From NCBI GenBank assembly GCA_021399345.1, contig JAAFKI010000010.1:27046-91045 (forward strand): a stretch of 64,000 bases of DNA, given 5' to 3'. The DNA comes from Candidatus Heimdallarchaeota archaeon (GTDB taxonomy: Archaea; Asgardarchaeota; Heimdallarchaeia; Heimdallarchaeales; Heimdallarchaeaceae). The notes under the pieces were generated by a model that was not told the origin of the DNA, did no database searches, and was given only the letters and a program-made list of their open reading frames with translations. The translations under genes were made by a program, and so were the position numbers. Shown here piece after piece: positions 29,038 to 38,738 of this stretch; the stretch's first letter is position 1; every line of letters starts with the position of its first letter.

Positions 29038-30141
29038 GTGAGTAGAATTTCGCAAAGTAGTCGTTTCTGTGCAATTTGTGGGACTAAAGAAAGTCCATTT
29101 TTAGAGAATCTTTGCGAAAAGTGTTTCAAAAAAGAGAACCCCTTAGAAATTGCAGTACAGAAGAAAATCAGTGTTGAAATATGTCCTATATGTAGATCCA
29201 TAAGAATTCAGGGACCAGTGGTAGATACCTGGAAGGAAGAGGGTTTAGAAGCAATTATTAGAGAAATGGTTGAAAGAAAGATTCTGGAGAACATATCTAC
29301 AGATATAGCCTACAGTTACGAATTCGAAGACGATATCGAAGAAACTAAAATTATGAATTATGGTGTTAAAACGTTTGAAATTAGAACAACAATTAGGGCT
29401 AAACCTTATGAGGAATTCAGCGAGTTCGAACAAAGTTTTCAAACACGAATTAAGCTGATTAGAACTAGCTGTGATTTATGCTCAAAACACAAAGCAGGGT
29501 ACTTTGAAGCAATTTTACAGGTTCGAGGAGAAAAGCGTAAACTAACTGAAATAGAGCAAGAGAATGTTGAAAACATCGTGAATCGAATGATGGAGCGTTA
29601 CATAGATGCTAAGATGTCCTATATCATGGATTTAGAAACTGATAATGATGAGTTAACATGCAAAGTAAGTACAAAATATCTTGCTGAAACTTTAGCCCGT
29701 GAAATAAAAAATGCCACAGCTGGTAAACTGAGTGTTGCTTATGAGCTCAAAACAAAGACTAGAGATGGTGTAGATGTTTACACAAATACTTACCTGGTTA
29801 GGCTGCCAGAATATTCTCTAGAAGATATACTTGAGTTTGAGAATAAAATGTGGGTAGTTAAGCAAGTTGCAGATTCACAAATGAAAATAGAATCACTAGA
29901 CAATCATGAACAGAGAAAATTCGATAGGAAAAGAATAGAAAAAAGAGGAAAACAATTAACTGAATCTGTTGTTCAAAGAGAATATTTGTTTGTCTCATCT
30001 GATGGTAAAAATGCTGCTATAATGGCTCTAGATAACTACGAAAACTTTGATGACAACTTAGAACGCTTACCACCAAATAAACAGGTTGGAGAAGATATTC
30101 TTGGTTTCATCTACGAAGATAAAAACTACTACACTAAGTAA
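29038..30141 (+). CDS. nmd3: NMD3 family large-subunit biogenesis factor
   Basis: CAICG, LCEKC, CPIC, CDLC, GYFEAILQVR, TYLVRLP. Confidence 0.92.
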   Translation: MSRISQSSRFCAICGTKESPFLENLCEKCFKKENPLEIAVQKKISVEICPICRSIRIQGPVVDTWKEEGLEAIIREMVERKILENISTDIAYSYEFEDDIEETKIMNYGVKTFEIRTTIRAKPYEEFSEFEQSFQTRIKLIRTSCDLCSKHKAGYFEAILQVRGEKRKLTEIEQENVENIVNRMMERYIDAKMSYIMDLETDNDELTCKVSTKYLAETLAREIKNATAGKLSVAYELKTKTRDGVDVYTNTYLVRLPEYSLEDILEFENKMWVVKQVADSQMKIESLDNHEQRKFDRKRIEKRGKQLTESVVQREYLFVSSDGKNAAIMALDNYENFDDNLERLPPNKQVGEDILGFIYEDKNYYTK

Positions 30142-30200
30142 TTTAGAAATGCTTTCTGTATATTAGACAAGTTTTATACATTAGTATTTTTTTTCTAAAC

Positions 30201-32000
30201 TTGATAATAATGTCCGAGAAAGACATCTCTTGGGATTTATCAGAGATTTTTAAGGGAACTGATGACCCCAGAATAAATGAAAAAATAACAGATTTAGAAA
30301 AAAGATCTGAAGATTTTATTACAAAATATAAGGGAAAAATAATTTTTCCAGATTTTAAGTTTGAGAATTTGCTCGAACTAATACGAGCTCAAGAGAAATT
30401 TCAAGCTGATCTTTTTGAAATAAGTCAATATGCTAGATTATCCTTTTCAGGAAATATGACAATACCTGAATTTAGAGAACTGAATAACAAAGCTCAAGAA
30501 TTTTCTGCTAAAATTAGAAAAAAACTAGCCTTCTTAGAAATAGATGTAGGAAAGTATGTCTATGAGAACCAATCAGTTGTTCAAGATTCAGAGTTTGAAA
30601 ATTACAAACACTATCTTGAGAATATTGTCCGCTCGTTTCCTCATAAACTATCAGAGATAGAAGAGCAAATAATAATTGACAAGGATCAGCACGGAGTAGT
30701 TGGTTGGCAAGATCTTCAATCAAAATGGCTAAACACAAGAATGTTTGCTGTAGAAGTTGAAGGGGAAATGAAACAACTTGCTTATGGAGAAGCTAATAGT
30801 TTGCTCTCACATCCGGATAAAGCAACAAGAATTTCAGCAAATAAGGCAATTTATGGTCTATTGGGTGAAGATCAAGAATTATTTTCATCGGCCATGCATC
30901 ATATATGCAGCGATTGGGTTAAAATTTCAAAACGAAGAAACTATGACTCTCCTATGCATCAAAGCCTCATAGCTAATGATGTAGATCAACAAACTATTGA
31001 CAATCTAATGAAGGTCGTAGACGAATATTCTAAACTGTATAGACGTTATCTTAAATTGAAGGCTAAATTGCTAGGTCTTCCCAAACTTGGTTGTGAGGAT
31101 ATAGTTGCACCCTTCCCAGATGTCCCAGATATGAAATATACTTGGGAAGATGCTCAGGAATTAATTCTCGAAGCATATGGTAAGTTTGATGAGGATTTCT
31201 TTTCTGTTGCAAATGATATGTTTGAAAGAAATCATGTTGACGCAAGTCCCAGATTTGGTAAACGCAATGGTGCTTTTTGTTCAACATGGTATAATGGAAA
31301 AACATCCTATATTCTTCAAACTTTTTCTGGAGCATTATCTAATGTTTACACTCTAGGTCATGAAATGGGGCATGCAGTTCATGGATATCTAGTAACCCGC
31401 GAACAAACCCTTGGAAATACCCGATACCCCATGGTTATTGCAGAAGTTGCTTCAATCTTTGGTGAACTGCTTCTAACAGATCTTTTGTTATCTAGGGCAG
31501 AAACCAAAGAAGAGAAGAAAGCTATTTTGGGGAGAGTTTTAGATGGTGCAGGAATGGCGACTTTTCAAGTAAGTGCAAGAGTATGGTTTGAGCAAAGCAT
31601 GTACGATACGATAGAAAAAGGACAACTGCTAGATGGTAAAACAATCTCCAAACTTTGGACAACTGCTAGAGATAGAATCTATGGAGATGCAGTGGAATGG
31701 TTTGAGGAAATGGATTGGGAGTGGACAATGAAACCCCATTATTACAGATCAAATTTCAGATTTTATAATTACCCATATGTTTTCGCGCAAATGTTTGTGT
31801 ATTCATTATACCAGCTGTATTTAGAAGAAGGAGGAAGTTTCATACCGAAATTGAAAGCAATTTTGAAAGCAGGGAGCAGTAAATCGCCAAAAGAATTTGG
31901 AGAATCAATGGGATTAGATATAACAAAACCTGATTTCTGGAAGCTGGGCATGAAGCAGTATGAAAGATTTATAGACGAATTAGAAAAAATAGTTAGTTGA
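30201..32000 (+). CDS. pepF: M3 family oligoendopeptidase F
   Basis: WDLSEIF, GKRNGAFC, TLGHEMGHAVH, AEVAS, PHYY, FYNYPY; start probably at the ATG at 30210. Confidence 0.93.
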   Translation: MIIMSEKDISWDLSEIFKGTDDPRINEKITDLEKRSEDFITKYKGKIIFPDFKFENLLELIRAQEKFQADLFEISQYARLSFSGNMTIPEFRELNNKAQEFSAKIRKKLAFLEIDVGKYVYENQSVVQDSEFENYKHYLENIVRSFPHKLSEIEEQIIIDKDQHGVVGWQDLQSKWLNTRMFAVEVEGEMKQLAYGEANSLLSHPDKATRISANKAIYGLLGEDQELFSSAMHHICSDWVKISKRRNYDSPMHQSLIANDVDQQTIDNLMKVVDEYSKLYRRYLKLKAKLLGLPKLGCEDIVAPFPDVPDMKYTWEDAQELILEAYGKFDEDFFSVANDMFERNHVDASPRFGKRNGAFCSTWYNGKTSYILQTFSGALSNVYTLGHEMGHAVHGYLVTREQTLGNTRYPMVIAEVASIFGELLLTDLLLSRAETKEEKKAILGRVLDGAGMATFQVSARVWFEQSMYDTIEKGQLLDGKTISKLWTTARDRIYGDAVEWFEEMDWEWTMKPHYYRSNFRFYNYPYVFAQMFVYSLYQLYLEEGGSFIPKLKAILKAGSSKSPKEFGESMGLDITKPDFWKLGMKQYERFIDELEKIVS

Positions 32001-32034
32001 AAATATAGGTACTTTCAACTTCTATTCTTGTTTC

Positions 32035-32547
32035 TTATTCAGTTTCTAATTGTTCTTTCAATTTCTCGCCAAATGCTTTAGCTTGTACAAGTTCTTCTTC
32101 AGTTGGGTGACCAATATTTTCTTTCTCTTTACCAAACATAATAATCGCTCCCTTGCAATAGAAACGCTCAGATATGATAGTTACTTGTTGTTTTTTGGTC
32201 AATATTTTTTCCATTGATTCAAACATAACTTCTTTTATTTTTTTGGGGACTTTCTTTTCAGTCATGGGATGAATATCATCTGGAGCTCCACTGGTAAAAA
32301 ATAGAGCAACCTTCTTACCTGCAATGTTTTTTCGACTAAGCTTTTTCAAGTATCTAGCACCACCGAAACTGATACGCCCCATTATAACCCATGAACCTAA
32401 AACAATCAGATCATAATCTATTAGGTCTGGAATATTACGTTTGTCCCTAAATTCAACTTCAAGCCCTTTTGCAATCTTTGATGCTACTTTTTCAGTGTTA
32501 CCACTACGAGAATTATAAAGTACAATTGCTTTAACCATTGTTGTCAA
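32035..32547 (-). CDS. flavodoxin-like protein
   Basis: YNSRSGNTEKVA, DLIVLGS, VALFFTSG. Confidence 0.85.
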   Translation of the reverse strand: MTTMVKAIVLYNSRSGNTEKVASKIAKGLEVEFRDKRNIPDLIDYDLIVLGSWVIMGRISFGGARYLKKLSRKNIAGKKVALFFTSGAPDDIHPMTEKKVPKKIKEVMFESMEKILTKKQQVTIISERFYCKGAIIMFGKEKENIGHPTEEELVQAKAFGEKLKEQLETE

Positions 32548-32670
32548 CCAAGTTGGATAAGTAAGAAATCAGTTATATAGATTTGCTAATCTTTTTGCAT
32601 ATTTATTGAAGGAAAAAGAAAAAACAAAGTTTATATTTTATGCAAATAGCAAGAAAGTAATCGAAATCAT

Positions 32671-33315
32671 GTGAAAACTATGGTGTTAAAGGGTTTATAT
32701 TTAGTTCAAAGGAAGGATATTGAAAAAGCTACTATGGTCTTAACGAGAGCCTTTCAGGAGGATCCATTAGTCCGTTTAATTTACCCAAATTCTGAAGAAA
32801 GAATGAAATTTACTCCATTTTTGTGGAGATATCTGATAAAAGATGGACTAAAATGTGGAAAGGTTTATTCTCCAACTAACAAAATAGAAGGAGTTGCAAA
32901 ATGGCTGCCTCCAGGAAAAGAACACATGGGCATCTGGAGATCAATTAGAAGTGGGGCACTTAGTATGGGTTGGGCGATGTCAAAACAGAAGGATGAAAGA
33001 AAACGATCTACAAGAGAAATTCAACAATTAACTGATATTATACTGAAGAAACACAAAGAAATAATGAAAGAGCCTCACTGGTATTTAGCGAATATCGGTG
33101 TTGACCCCAAATACCAAGGAAAAGGATATGGGAGCGCTCTGATTAAACCAATGCTAGAATATATAGAAAAAAAAGGATATCCTGTTTATTTAGAAACAAA
33201 TTTTCAAGGGAATGTTGGCTTATATGAGCATTTAGGATTTGAAGTGATTGATGAAATGAAAATTCCAGAAACTGAAATTATGAACTGGGGAATGATTAAA
33301 AAACCTAAACTATGA
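32671..33315 (+). CDS. GNAT N-acetyltransferase (puromycin-acetyltransferase-like)
   Basis: AFQEDP, HWYLANIGVDPKYQGKGYG, YLET, NVGLYEHLGF. Confidence 0.9.
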   Translation: MKTMVLKGLYLVQRKDIEKATMVLTRAFQEDPLVRLIYPNSEERMKFTPFLWRYLIKDGLKCGKVYSPTNKIEGVAKWLPPGKEHMGIWRSIRSGALSMGWAMSKQKDERKRSTREIQQLTDIILKKHKEIMKEPHWYLANIGVDPKYQGKGYGSALIKPMLEYIEKKGYPVYLETNFQGNVGLYEHLGFEVIDEMKIPETEIMNWGMIKKPKL

Positions 33316-33408
33316 TAACCTAATTAAATGCAGATTTTGTTTTATATCGCAATAGCATAAAGAAAACCTTAAAAGATTACGTGATGAGAAAACAACGAGC
33401 AATCGGTC

Positions 33409-33517
33409 GGGGACTTGGCTCAGTCCGGTAGAGTGGTTGGCTCCAGAGAACTTTACTTCGGTAAAGAACCACGAAGAAACCAATTGGTCGGGTGTTCAAA
33501 TCACCCAGTCCCCACCA
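33409..33517 (+). tRNA. tRNA-Trp(CCA) with 32-nt intron (about 33447-33478) and encoded CCA
   Basis: Acceptor GGGGACT/AGTCCCC, D-stem GCTC/GAGT, anticodon arm GTTGG-CTCCAG^A-CCAAT, T-arm GGGTG-TTCAAAT-CACCC. Confidence 0.95.
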
Positions 33518-33525
33518 TTACATTT

Positions 33526-35121
33526 CTATTTATCTGGCTTTAAACGTGCATTTCCTCCTAATATCTTGCGCTCGAGTATCATATCGCTTACTTGCAAAGC
33601 ACCTAACATACAGCCAAAAATACCATGTGAAAAGAGAGGTTGAAATAACCCTTTAATTGGTGTTCTCATTTTCAGTCGTGTTCTACCAAAATTATCAGAG
33701 AAAGGTGCCATTCCATATATAGATCCAGTTGGCGAGCCAGAGTAACGAGCATATGTTGCAGGTGTTGAAATGTCTTTTACTAGAATATGTTTTTTCAGAT
33801 CAGGAATCAAATATTTTTCAACTAAATCAATGAAGAAATTAGATAATTTTTCCTTTTTCTTATTATATTCCTCTAGATTATTCTCTCGTAATTCCAGCCA
33901 ATCACCTAGACCTACAGGTACAACACGGATAGTTATGTTTTGTTTTCCACCTGTTGTTAATGATGGACATATTACCCCCATATGAAATTGCTTTTCTGTA
34001 AAAGCCATGTTTCCCTTTTCATACTCTTCAAACAATTTAGAGAATGACTCGCCCCCTGTAGTAACAACATTATAACCACAATCCATCCCTAAACCTGCAA
34101 GATCGATCTCATCGTCTAAACCAAGTGCAATGTTCAATGAGGAAGGTGACATCTTTACTTGGTCAACTTTTTCTGCAAATTTTTCATCTAATTCACGTAT
34201 TTTGTCTAATCCTACCATCTCTTTCATAGCCACTTTAGGGTCAATGGTAGTTATTACGAAATCGGAATAAATTTTCTCTCCACCTTCCAATTGAACTCCT
34301 TTAACTTCACCATTTTCAACTAGAATCTTCTCAACTTTAGTTTTGAGAAGTAGTTCACCACCTAACTCTTTGTATCGTTTTTCAAATTGCCTAGCTAATT
34401 CAATGAAGCCTTTTGTTGGTCTGTAGGCATTATCTAGCACCGAATTCATAGCTCCAAGAGTCATAAGTGTTGCACATCTATCCCCAGGTAATCCACTAAA
34501 AGCTGCAAAGGCATCAAAAATCTCAATTACTTCAGGATTGGATATACCAAATTGATCAAAGTAGTCTTTGAAAGTTTTAGAACCATGTTTAACGATTTTT
34601 GGACACGAGACAATTGTCTTCAATAGCTCAATAAAACTAGGCTCTGTTTTTAGCTTAAATAGCTCTAGATACATAGCTCTTGAATGATCGAGGAAATTTT
34701 CTATTTCTTTTGCATTATCCGGATATTCATCCATCAGTTTCTTCTTAAAAACTTCCAATCCTGAAGGCAATTCAATCTTTGTTACTTCCTCAGTTTCAGG
34801 ATTAACAAGGAAAATTCGTGTATAATATCCTTTGAATCTCTTAAGATCTACTTCTATACCCAAAAGCTCATACATATCATTACAATTTGGAATAATTTGA
34901 CTAGTGTCAAAGAGATATCCTTCACGTGTGTAGGAAGTTACAAACCCTCCTACTTTTGGTTCTTTTTCTATAATCAATACGGAATCTTTCTTTGTATCAT
35001 GGAAGCGAGCCCAAGTAACAGCTGAAGTTAATCCTGTGATTCCTCCGCCTATAACTATTAATCCCTTCTTCTCTTTTTTATCTATTTGACTCATTTTTAT
35101 TACCTTATAGTATCTTTGCAT
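33526..35121 (-). CDS. phytoene-desaturase-like FAD oxidoreductase
   Basis: VIGGGITGL, EK..KVGG, GYLFD, STPATYARYS...GSIYG, TPIKGLF; start probably at the second Met. Confidence 0.85.
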   Translation of the reverse strand: MQRYYKVIKMSQIDKKEKKGLIVIGGGITGLTSAVTWARFHDTKKDSVLIIEKEPKVGGFVTSYTREGYLFDTSQIIPNCNDMYELLGIEVDLKRFKGYYTRIFLVNPETEEVTKIELPSGLEVFKKKLMDEYPDNAKEIENFLDHSRAMYLELFKLKTEPSFIELLKTIVSCPKIVKHGSKTFKDYFDQFGISNPEVIEIFDAFAAFSGLPGDRCATLMTLGAMNSVLDNAYRPTKGFIELARQFEKRYKELGGELLLKTKVEKILVENGEVKGVQLEGGEKIYSDFVITTIDPKVAMKEMVGLDKIRELDEKFAEKVDQVKMSPSSLNIALGLDDEIDLAGLGMDCGYNVVTTGGESFSKLFEEYEKGNMAFTEKQFHMGVICPSLTTGGKQNITIRVVPVGLGDWLELRENNLEEYNKKKEKLSNFFIDLVEKYLIPDLKKHILVKDISTPATYARYSGSPTGSIYGMAPFSDNFGRTRLKMRTPIKGLFQPLFSHGIFGCMLGALQVSDMILERKILGGNARLKPDK

Positions 35122-35206
35122 AATTAGTTAAATATAAAACATTCTAAAATTTGTGTGTGTGCAGAAGAAAGTAGAAGTAAATCTTCACTTATACTTTTTC
35201 TCTATC

Positions 35207-37264
35207 TCAAACTAGATTTCGCTTGAAAGATTGTGACCAACTTCGTTTGATCTTTTCTTTTTTGTCTACTGTTAAAACAAGATCATAACTAATATGAAAA
35301 CTATCCTTATCGCTCTCAAGTTTGGCTTTGGTTATAGCTCTAGTATTTGATTTTTTTGTGCTTATCTGGATATCATGTTCATTTTTCAGTAATGCTTGAG
35401 CTGGATCTTTATTTGAAACAGTAAACGATGAACTTTCATCAAAAGCTAAGGAAATTCCATCTTCAGACAAGCTACCTTCTTGGCTTAGACTGAATTGAAA
35501 AGTTGTTTTTGCATTTTGTAAGTCATGGAATATTTTAGATTTGGCTGGAGCATAATTTATTTTGTAAACATCCATTGGCATTTCTATCTCTCCAAATAAT
35601 GGTGCTTCCTCAGGATGACTTTCAGGTATAACAGGCAACGTTAAACAAGATCCATATTCCTCCCCCCACCATATTGTATTCTCTGCTGGGTAAGGTGATG
35701 GCCATATATTTGGAAAATCAGAGCTTGCTAAGGCGATTTTTATGACGTGTCCAGGATGAAAGATCCAAGAAGTTGCATCAAGTTCAATATTTAATTTCAC
35801 TTTATCTCCAGCTGTTAACTGTTTTGGTTCTGTATGTGAATCTCTGTGAGATAAGTTTAGTACTCCCCAAGTAATAATATCTGAACTTCCATCAGGTGCA
35901 ACATCAAATAGTTTCACAATTAAATTCACTATCGGAACTGAAGATGAAAAGGTTAGCTCTAATAGGGGACGTCCCATTATATTCAGCCTTTTATTTAGGG
36001 TGTCTGAAGTATAAACTAAAGAATTCATCTCATCAAAATCCTGTTCTTCTTTTCCTCCTTTTGCAATATTGATGTGCCATGTTGGATTTCCCATGCCTAC
36101 AGCTACATGGTAAGAGAATTCGTCGCTACCATTGCCTTTGACTTCTGTTTTCAATTTTTGTTCAGATCCCAAGAAAAATTTCTTTTCACTCATGATGTCT
36201 AAAGGCCATTTCTTTAACTCCGTCCAATAACCAGATCCTCCTTTGAAATCAGGTCTTGTAAAACTAGATTCTCTCATAAATGCAGTGAAACTAGGTTCTT
36301 CAACCATACCTGTATCCTTATCTTTTAACCAATGATCAAACCATCGAACAATTTGTGGCATGTAGTTAATTGAAGGACCAGGATACCCCCAGTCTGGAAA
36401 AACATGACCCCATGGCCCCATTAATAACTTCTTAGGAACATTCAAATGTTCATACATTCTTAAAGCACTGTTCCGATAGAAATCCCTCCAAGCTCCTATA
36501 ATTAGAACTGGACATACTATTGAACTGAAATCTGATCTTAATGATGCAGGTCTCCAGTAAGGCCCATCTGTTTGATTTTCCAACCAATTCAATTGATATG
36601 GTGTGTTACCTTTGAGATGCTCATCCCAAACTCTTTCATAATCTTCACCAATACTCTCTGCAGGTGGCAATGCATTCATAGAAACCATCATAGTTGCCCA
36701 TCCAGCTAAATCAAAAAGAGAGCACAAAGCACCACCATCATAGTGAACATCATCTGTATAACGATTATCAGTAGCATAAAGAGGAATGATTGTTTTTAGA
36801 TGTGGGGGCCGATGCATTGCAACTTGAACAGCTGTAAAACCAGCGTATGAAGTTCCTATCATTCCTACTTTTCCATTGCACCATGGTTGAGATGCTACCC
36901 ATTCAACTGCATCATAACCATCTTCTTGTTCCTGCAATGGGTATTCATCAGTTACTATACCTTCAGATCCATCAGTTCCACGTACTCCAAGATGGAGAAC
37001 AACATAACCATGTCTAGCCAAAAAGTGAAAAAAATTACCACGTGACATAGTACGCCAGTCGGAAGAACGGTAAGGATCATAATTAATAACTGCGGGAAAA
37101 GGATCATCTCCCTCTGGATGCCATGCCTTAGCATAAAGACGAATTCCATCTCTCATGGGAATTCGCCAATCTTTTACAGTAAGGTTATATGTAGGTTGAG
37201 AATGGGGCTTTGGTAACCTTCGATCTGATTGATTAGTGGTATCTTTCATTTTTGTATCCTTCAA
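35207..37264 (-). CDS. CocE/NonD family (S15) hydrolase
   Basis: IPMRDGIRL, PYR, RGTDGSEG, GKVGMIGTSYAG, GPWGH. Confidence 0.93.
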   Translation of the reverse strand: MKDTKMKDTTNQSDRRLPKPHSQPTYNLTVKDWRIPMRDGIRLYAKAWHPEGDDPFPAVINYDPYRSSDWRTMSRGNFFHFLARHGYVVLHLGVRGTDGSEGIVTDEYPLQEQEDGYDAVEWVASQPWCNGKVGMIGTSYAGFTAVQVAMHRPPHLKTIIPLYATDNRYTDDVHYDGGALCSLFDLAGWATMMVSMNALPPAESIGEDYERVWDEHLKGNTPYQLNWLENQTDGPYWRPASLRSDFSSIVCPVLIIGAWRDFYRNSALRMYEHLNVPKKLLMGPWGHVFPDWGYPGPSINYMPQIVRWFDHWLKDKDTGMVEEPSFTAFMRESSFTRPDFKGGSGYWTELKKWPLDIMSEKKFFLGSEQKLKTEVKGNGSDEFSYHVAVGMGNPTWHINIAKGGKEEQDFDEMNSLVYTSDTLNKRLNIMGRPLLELTFSSSVPIVNLIVKLFDVAPDGSSDIITWGVLNLSHRDSHTEPKQLTAGDKVKLNIELDATSWIFHPGHVIKIALASSDFPNIWPSPYPAENTIWWGEEYGSCLTLPVIPESHPEEAPLFGEIEMPMDVYKINYAPAKSKIFHDLQNAKTTFQFSLSQEGSLSEDGISLAFDESSSFTVSNKDPAQALLKNEHDIQISTKKSNTRAITKAKLESDKDSFHISYDLVLTVDKKEKIKRSWSQSFKRNLV

Positions 37265-37519
37265 CTAGTATTAATCTTACATTTTATTAAGCGTTACTCG
37301 ATATATCTACACAAAAAACATTAATTTTGATCAATCAAATGAATATCTGAAGGAAATCTCACTAAGTTCTTAAGATGTGAATTAGAGAGCGGTGAATTGA
37401 AATTGGTTAGATGAATTAAATGATTCCTCTCTGGAGCAATGAGCTCTACTAGCACATAAGATAAACTAGTGGGAATTTCTATTCTTCACAATTCTATTAG
37501 ATTTAATAAGGAAGAACAC

Positions 37520-37777
37520 TTATTCAGCGAATATCTTTTCACAGCATTTAACAAAAGAATATGGCATCTTTCGTTTCTCAGAATCTATCTCCCAAATAAA
37601 TTTTACATAATCTTGTAATTCCTTTGGAAGTAACTTGAAGAGAGGTGCTAAAAGAGAATAACCGATTTTTCTTTGATTTATGTTATCTGCATCTAAAAAC
37701 AGTACTGCATAACTGTAGCAAGGATATTTTTCCTTGATAGTTGTTTCATACATTTGCTTAGTGTTCTCTTCTTTCAT
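37520..37777 (-). CDS. hypothetical protein
   Basis: 85 aa ORF with ATG start; no recognised motif. Confidence 0.5.
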   Translation of the reverse strand: MKEENTKQMYETTIKEKYPCYSYAVLFLDADNINQRKIGYSLLAPLFKLLPKELQDYVKFIWEIDSEKRKMPYSFVKCCEKIFAE

Positions 37778-37867
37778 CTACTATTTAATCTTAAGAATAC
37801 TATTTAAAGGCACAAAATCCATATCGAAGCTATAATTAAAGTATGATTTTCTTATAAACGCTTCTTA

Positions 37868-38272
37868 TTACTTAATTTCCTCTTTTTCCATGAAAAACAT
37901 ATGATGCCAAAGCTTGTAACCTCTTTCTTGGAAGAAATTAGCAAGTTTACTGTTTCTATCAAAAGTTAAGCGAATATAGTTTTTCTTCATGAATTTAACA
38001 GTACCAGAAATAAAATCATCAACGTATTTGGGATTGGTAACTAGAAAGGGTCTACAACCTGGAAATTCTGGATTTAATCTACCATAAATTTGTAGTTCGT
38101 TGTTTATAAATAGACCGAGAGGAATGGATTCACCTCATGTTAAACCAGGATTTTGAATGTTATTCAGATGTGTTTCAAGTTCTTCTTTGTTAATTTCACG
38201 AAAAAAAGCTTCTCTGATTATCTCTTTGAAATCAAGCCAATCCTTAGCATCAAGTTTTCTAAAATAAACCAT
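37868..38272 (-). pseudogene. GNAT-like 134-codon gene interrupted by one in-frame TGA (38135-38137)
   Basis: Frame continues stop-free for 88 codons after TGA, ending LANFFQERGY...FMEKEEIK; N-terminus FRKLDAKDW is GNAT-like. Confidence 0.7.
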
Positions 38273-38321
38273 TATATTGTCTAAGCAAGCTACATTAATA
38301 AAATAGTTTTGATGGATGGAA

Positions 38322-38645
38322 TTAAATTCCTTCAATTTTGAAATCTATTCCGAATTCCAATTCATCTTCTGTTATCTCAACAACCATATGGGAAAGCTGT
38401 TTATACAATTCAAGATATTGATAACCTCTTGTCGTACAGCTATAGATTACTGCAGGTCTTTTTTTGGGATTTTCATATTTAATCATAAGACCACGCGATA
38501 ACATAAAGTGAATTATGCCCTTGGCCCTGTCTATGGGTAAATTAGCCCTTCTTGCAATTTGTGAAATACCAGCTTCACCATAAAATTGCAGAACAGAGAT
38601 TACGTCTGCATAAATATCATATCTTGTTCTGTTACCTGCTGGCAT
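38322..38645 (-). CDS. archaeal winged-HTH transcriptional regulator
   Basis: RTRYDIYADVI, ISQIARRANL, Y..TTRG.QYLELY. Confidence 0.85.
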   Translation of the reverse strand: MPAGNRTRYDIYADVISVLQFYGEAGISQIARRANLPIDRAKGIIHFMLSRGLMIKYENPKKRPAVIYSCTTRGYQYLELYKQLSHMVVEITEDELEFGIDFKIEGI

Positions 38646-38679
38646 TTAATTCACCAATTAATTTTGAATTTTGTACATT

Positions 38680-38718
38680 AAAAAGATTGGGCCTCAAAAA
38701 ACTGAAGCCCAATCTTTT
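38680..38718 (-). terminator. hairpin terminator downstream of the bactofilin-like gene
   Basis: Perfect 12-bp inverted repeat AAAAGATTGGGC/GCCCAATCTTTT, extendable to 16 bp with one U-G on the minus strand, ending in a T run. Confidence 0.7.
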
Positions 38719-38738
38719 AACAGAAAGGTTTGCTTAAA

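Noticed and set aside
33437-33643. 68-aa ORF
   Set aside because: Overlaps tRNA-Trp and is antisense to the oxidoreductase.
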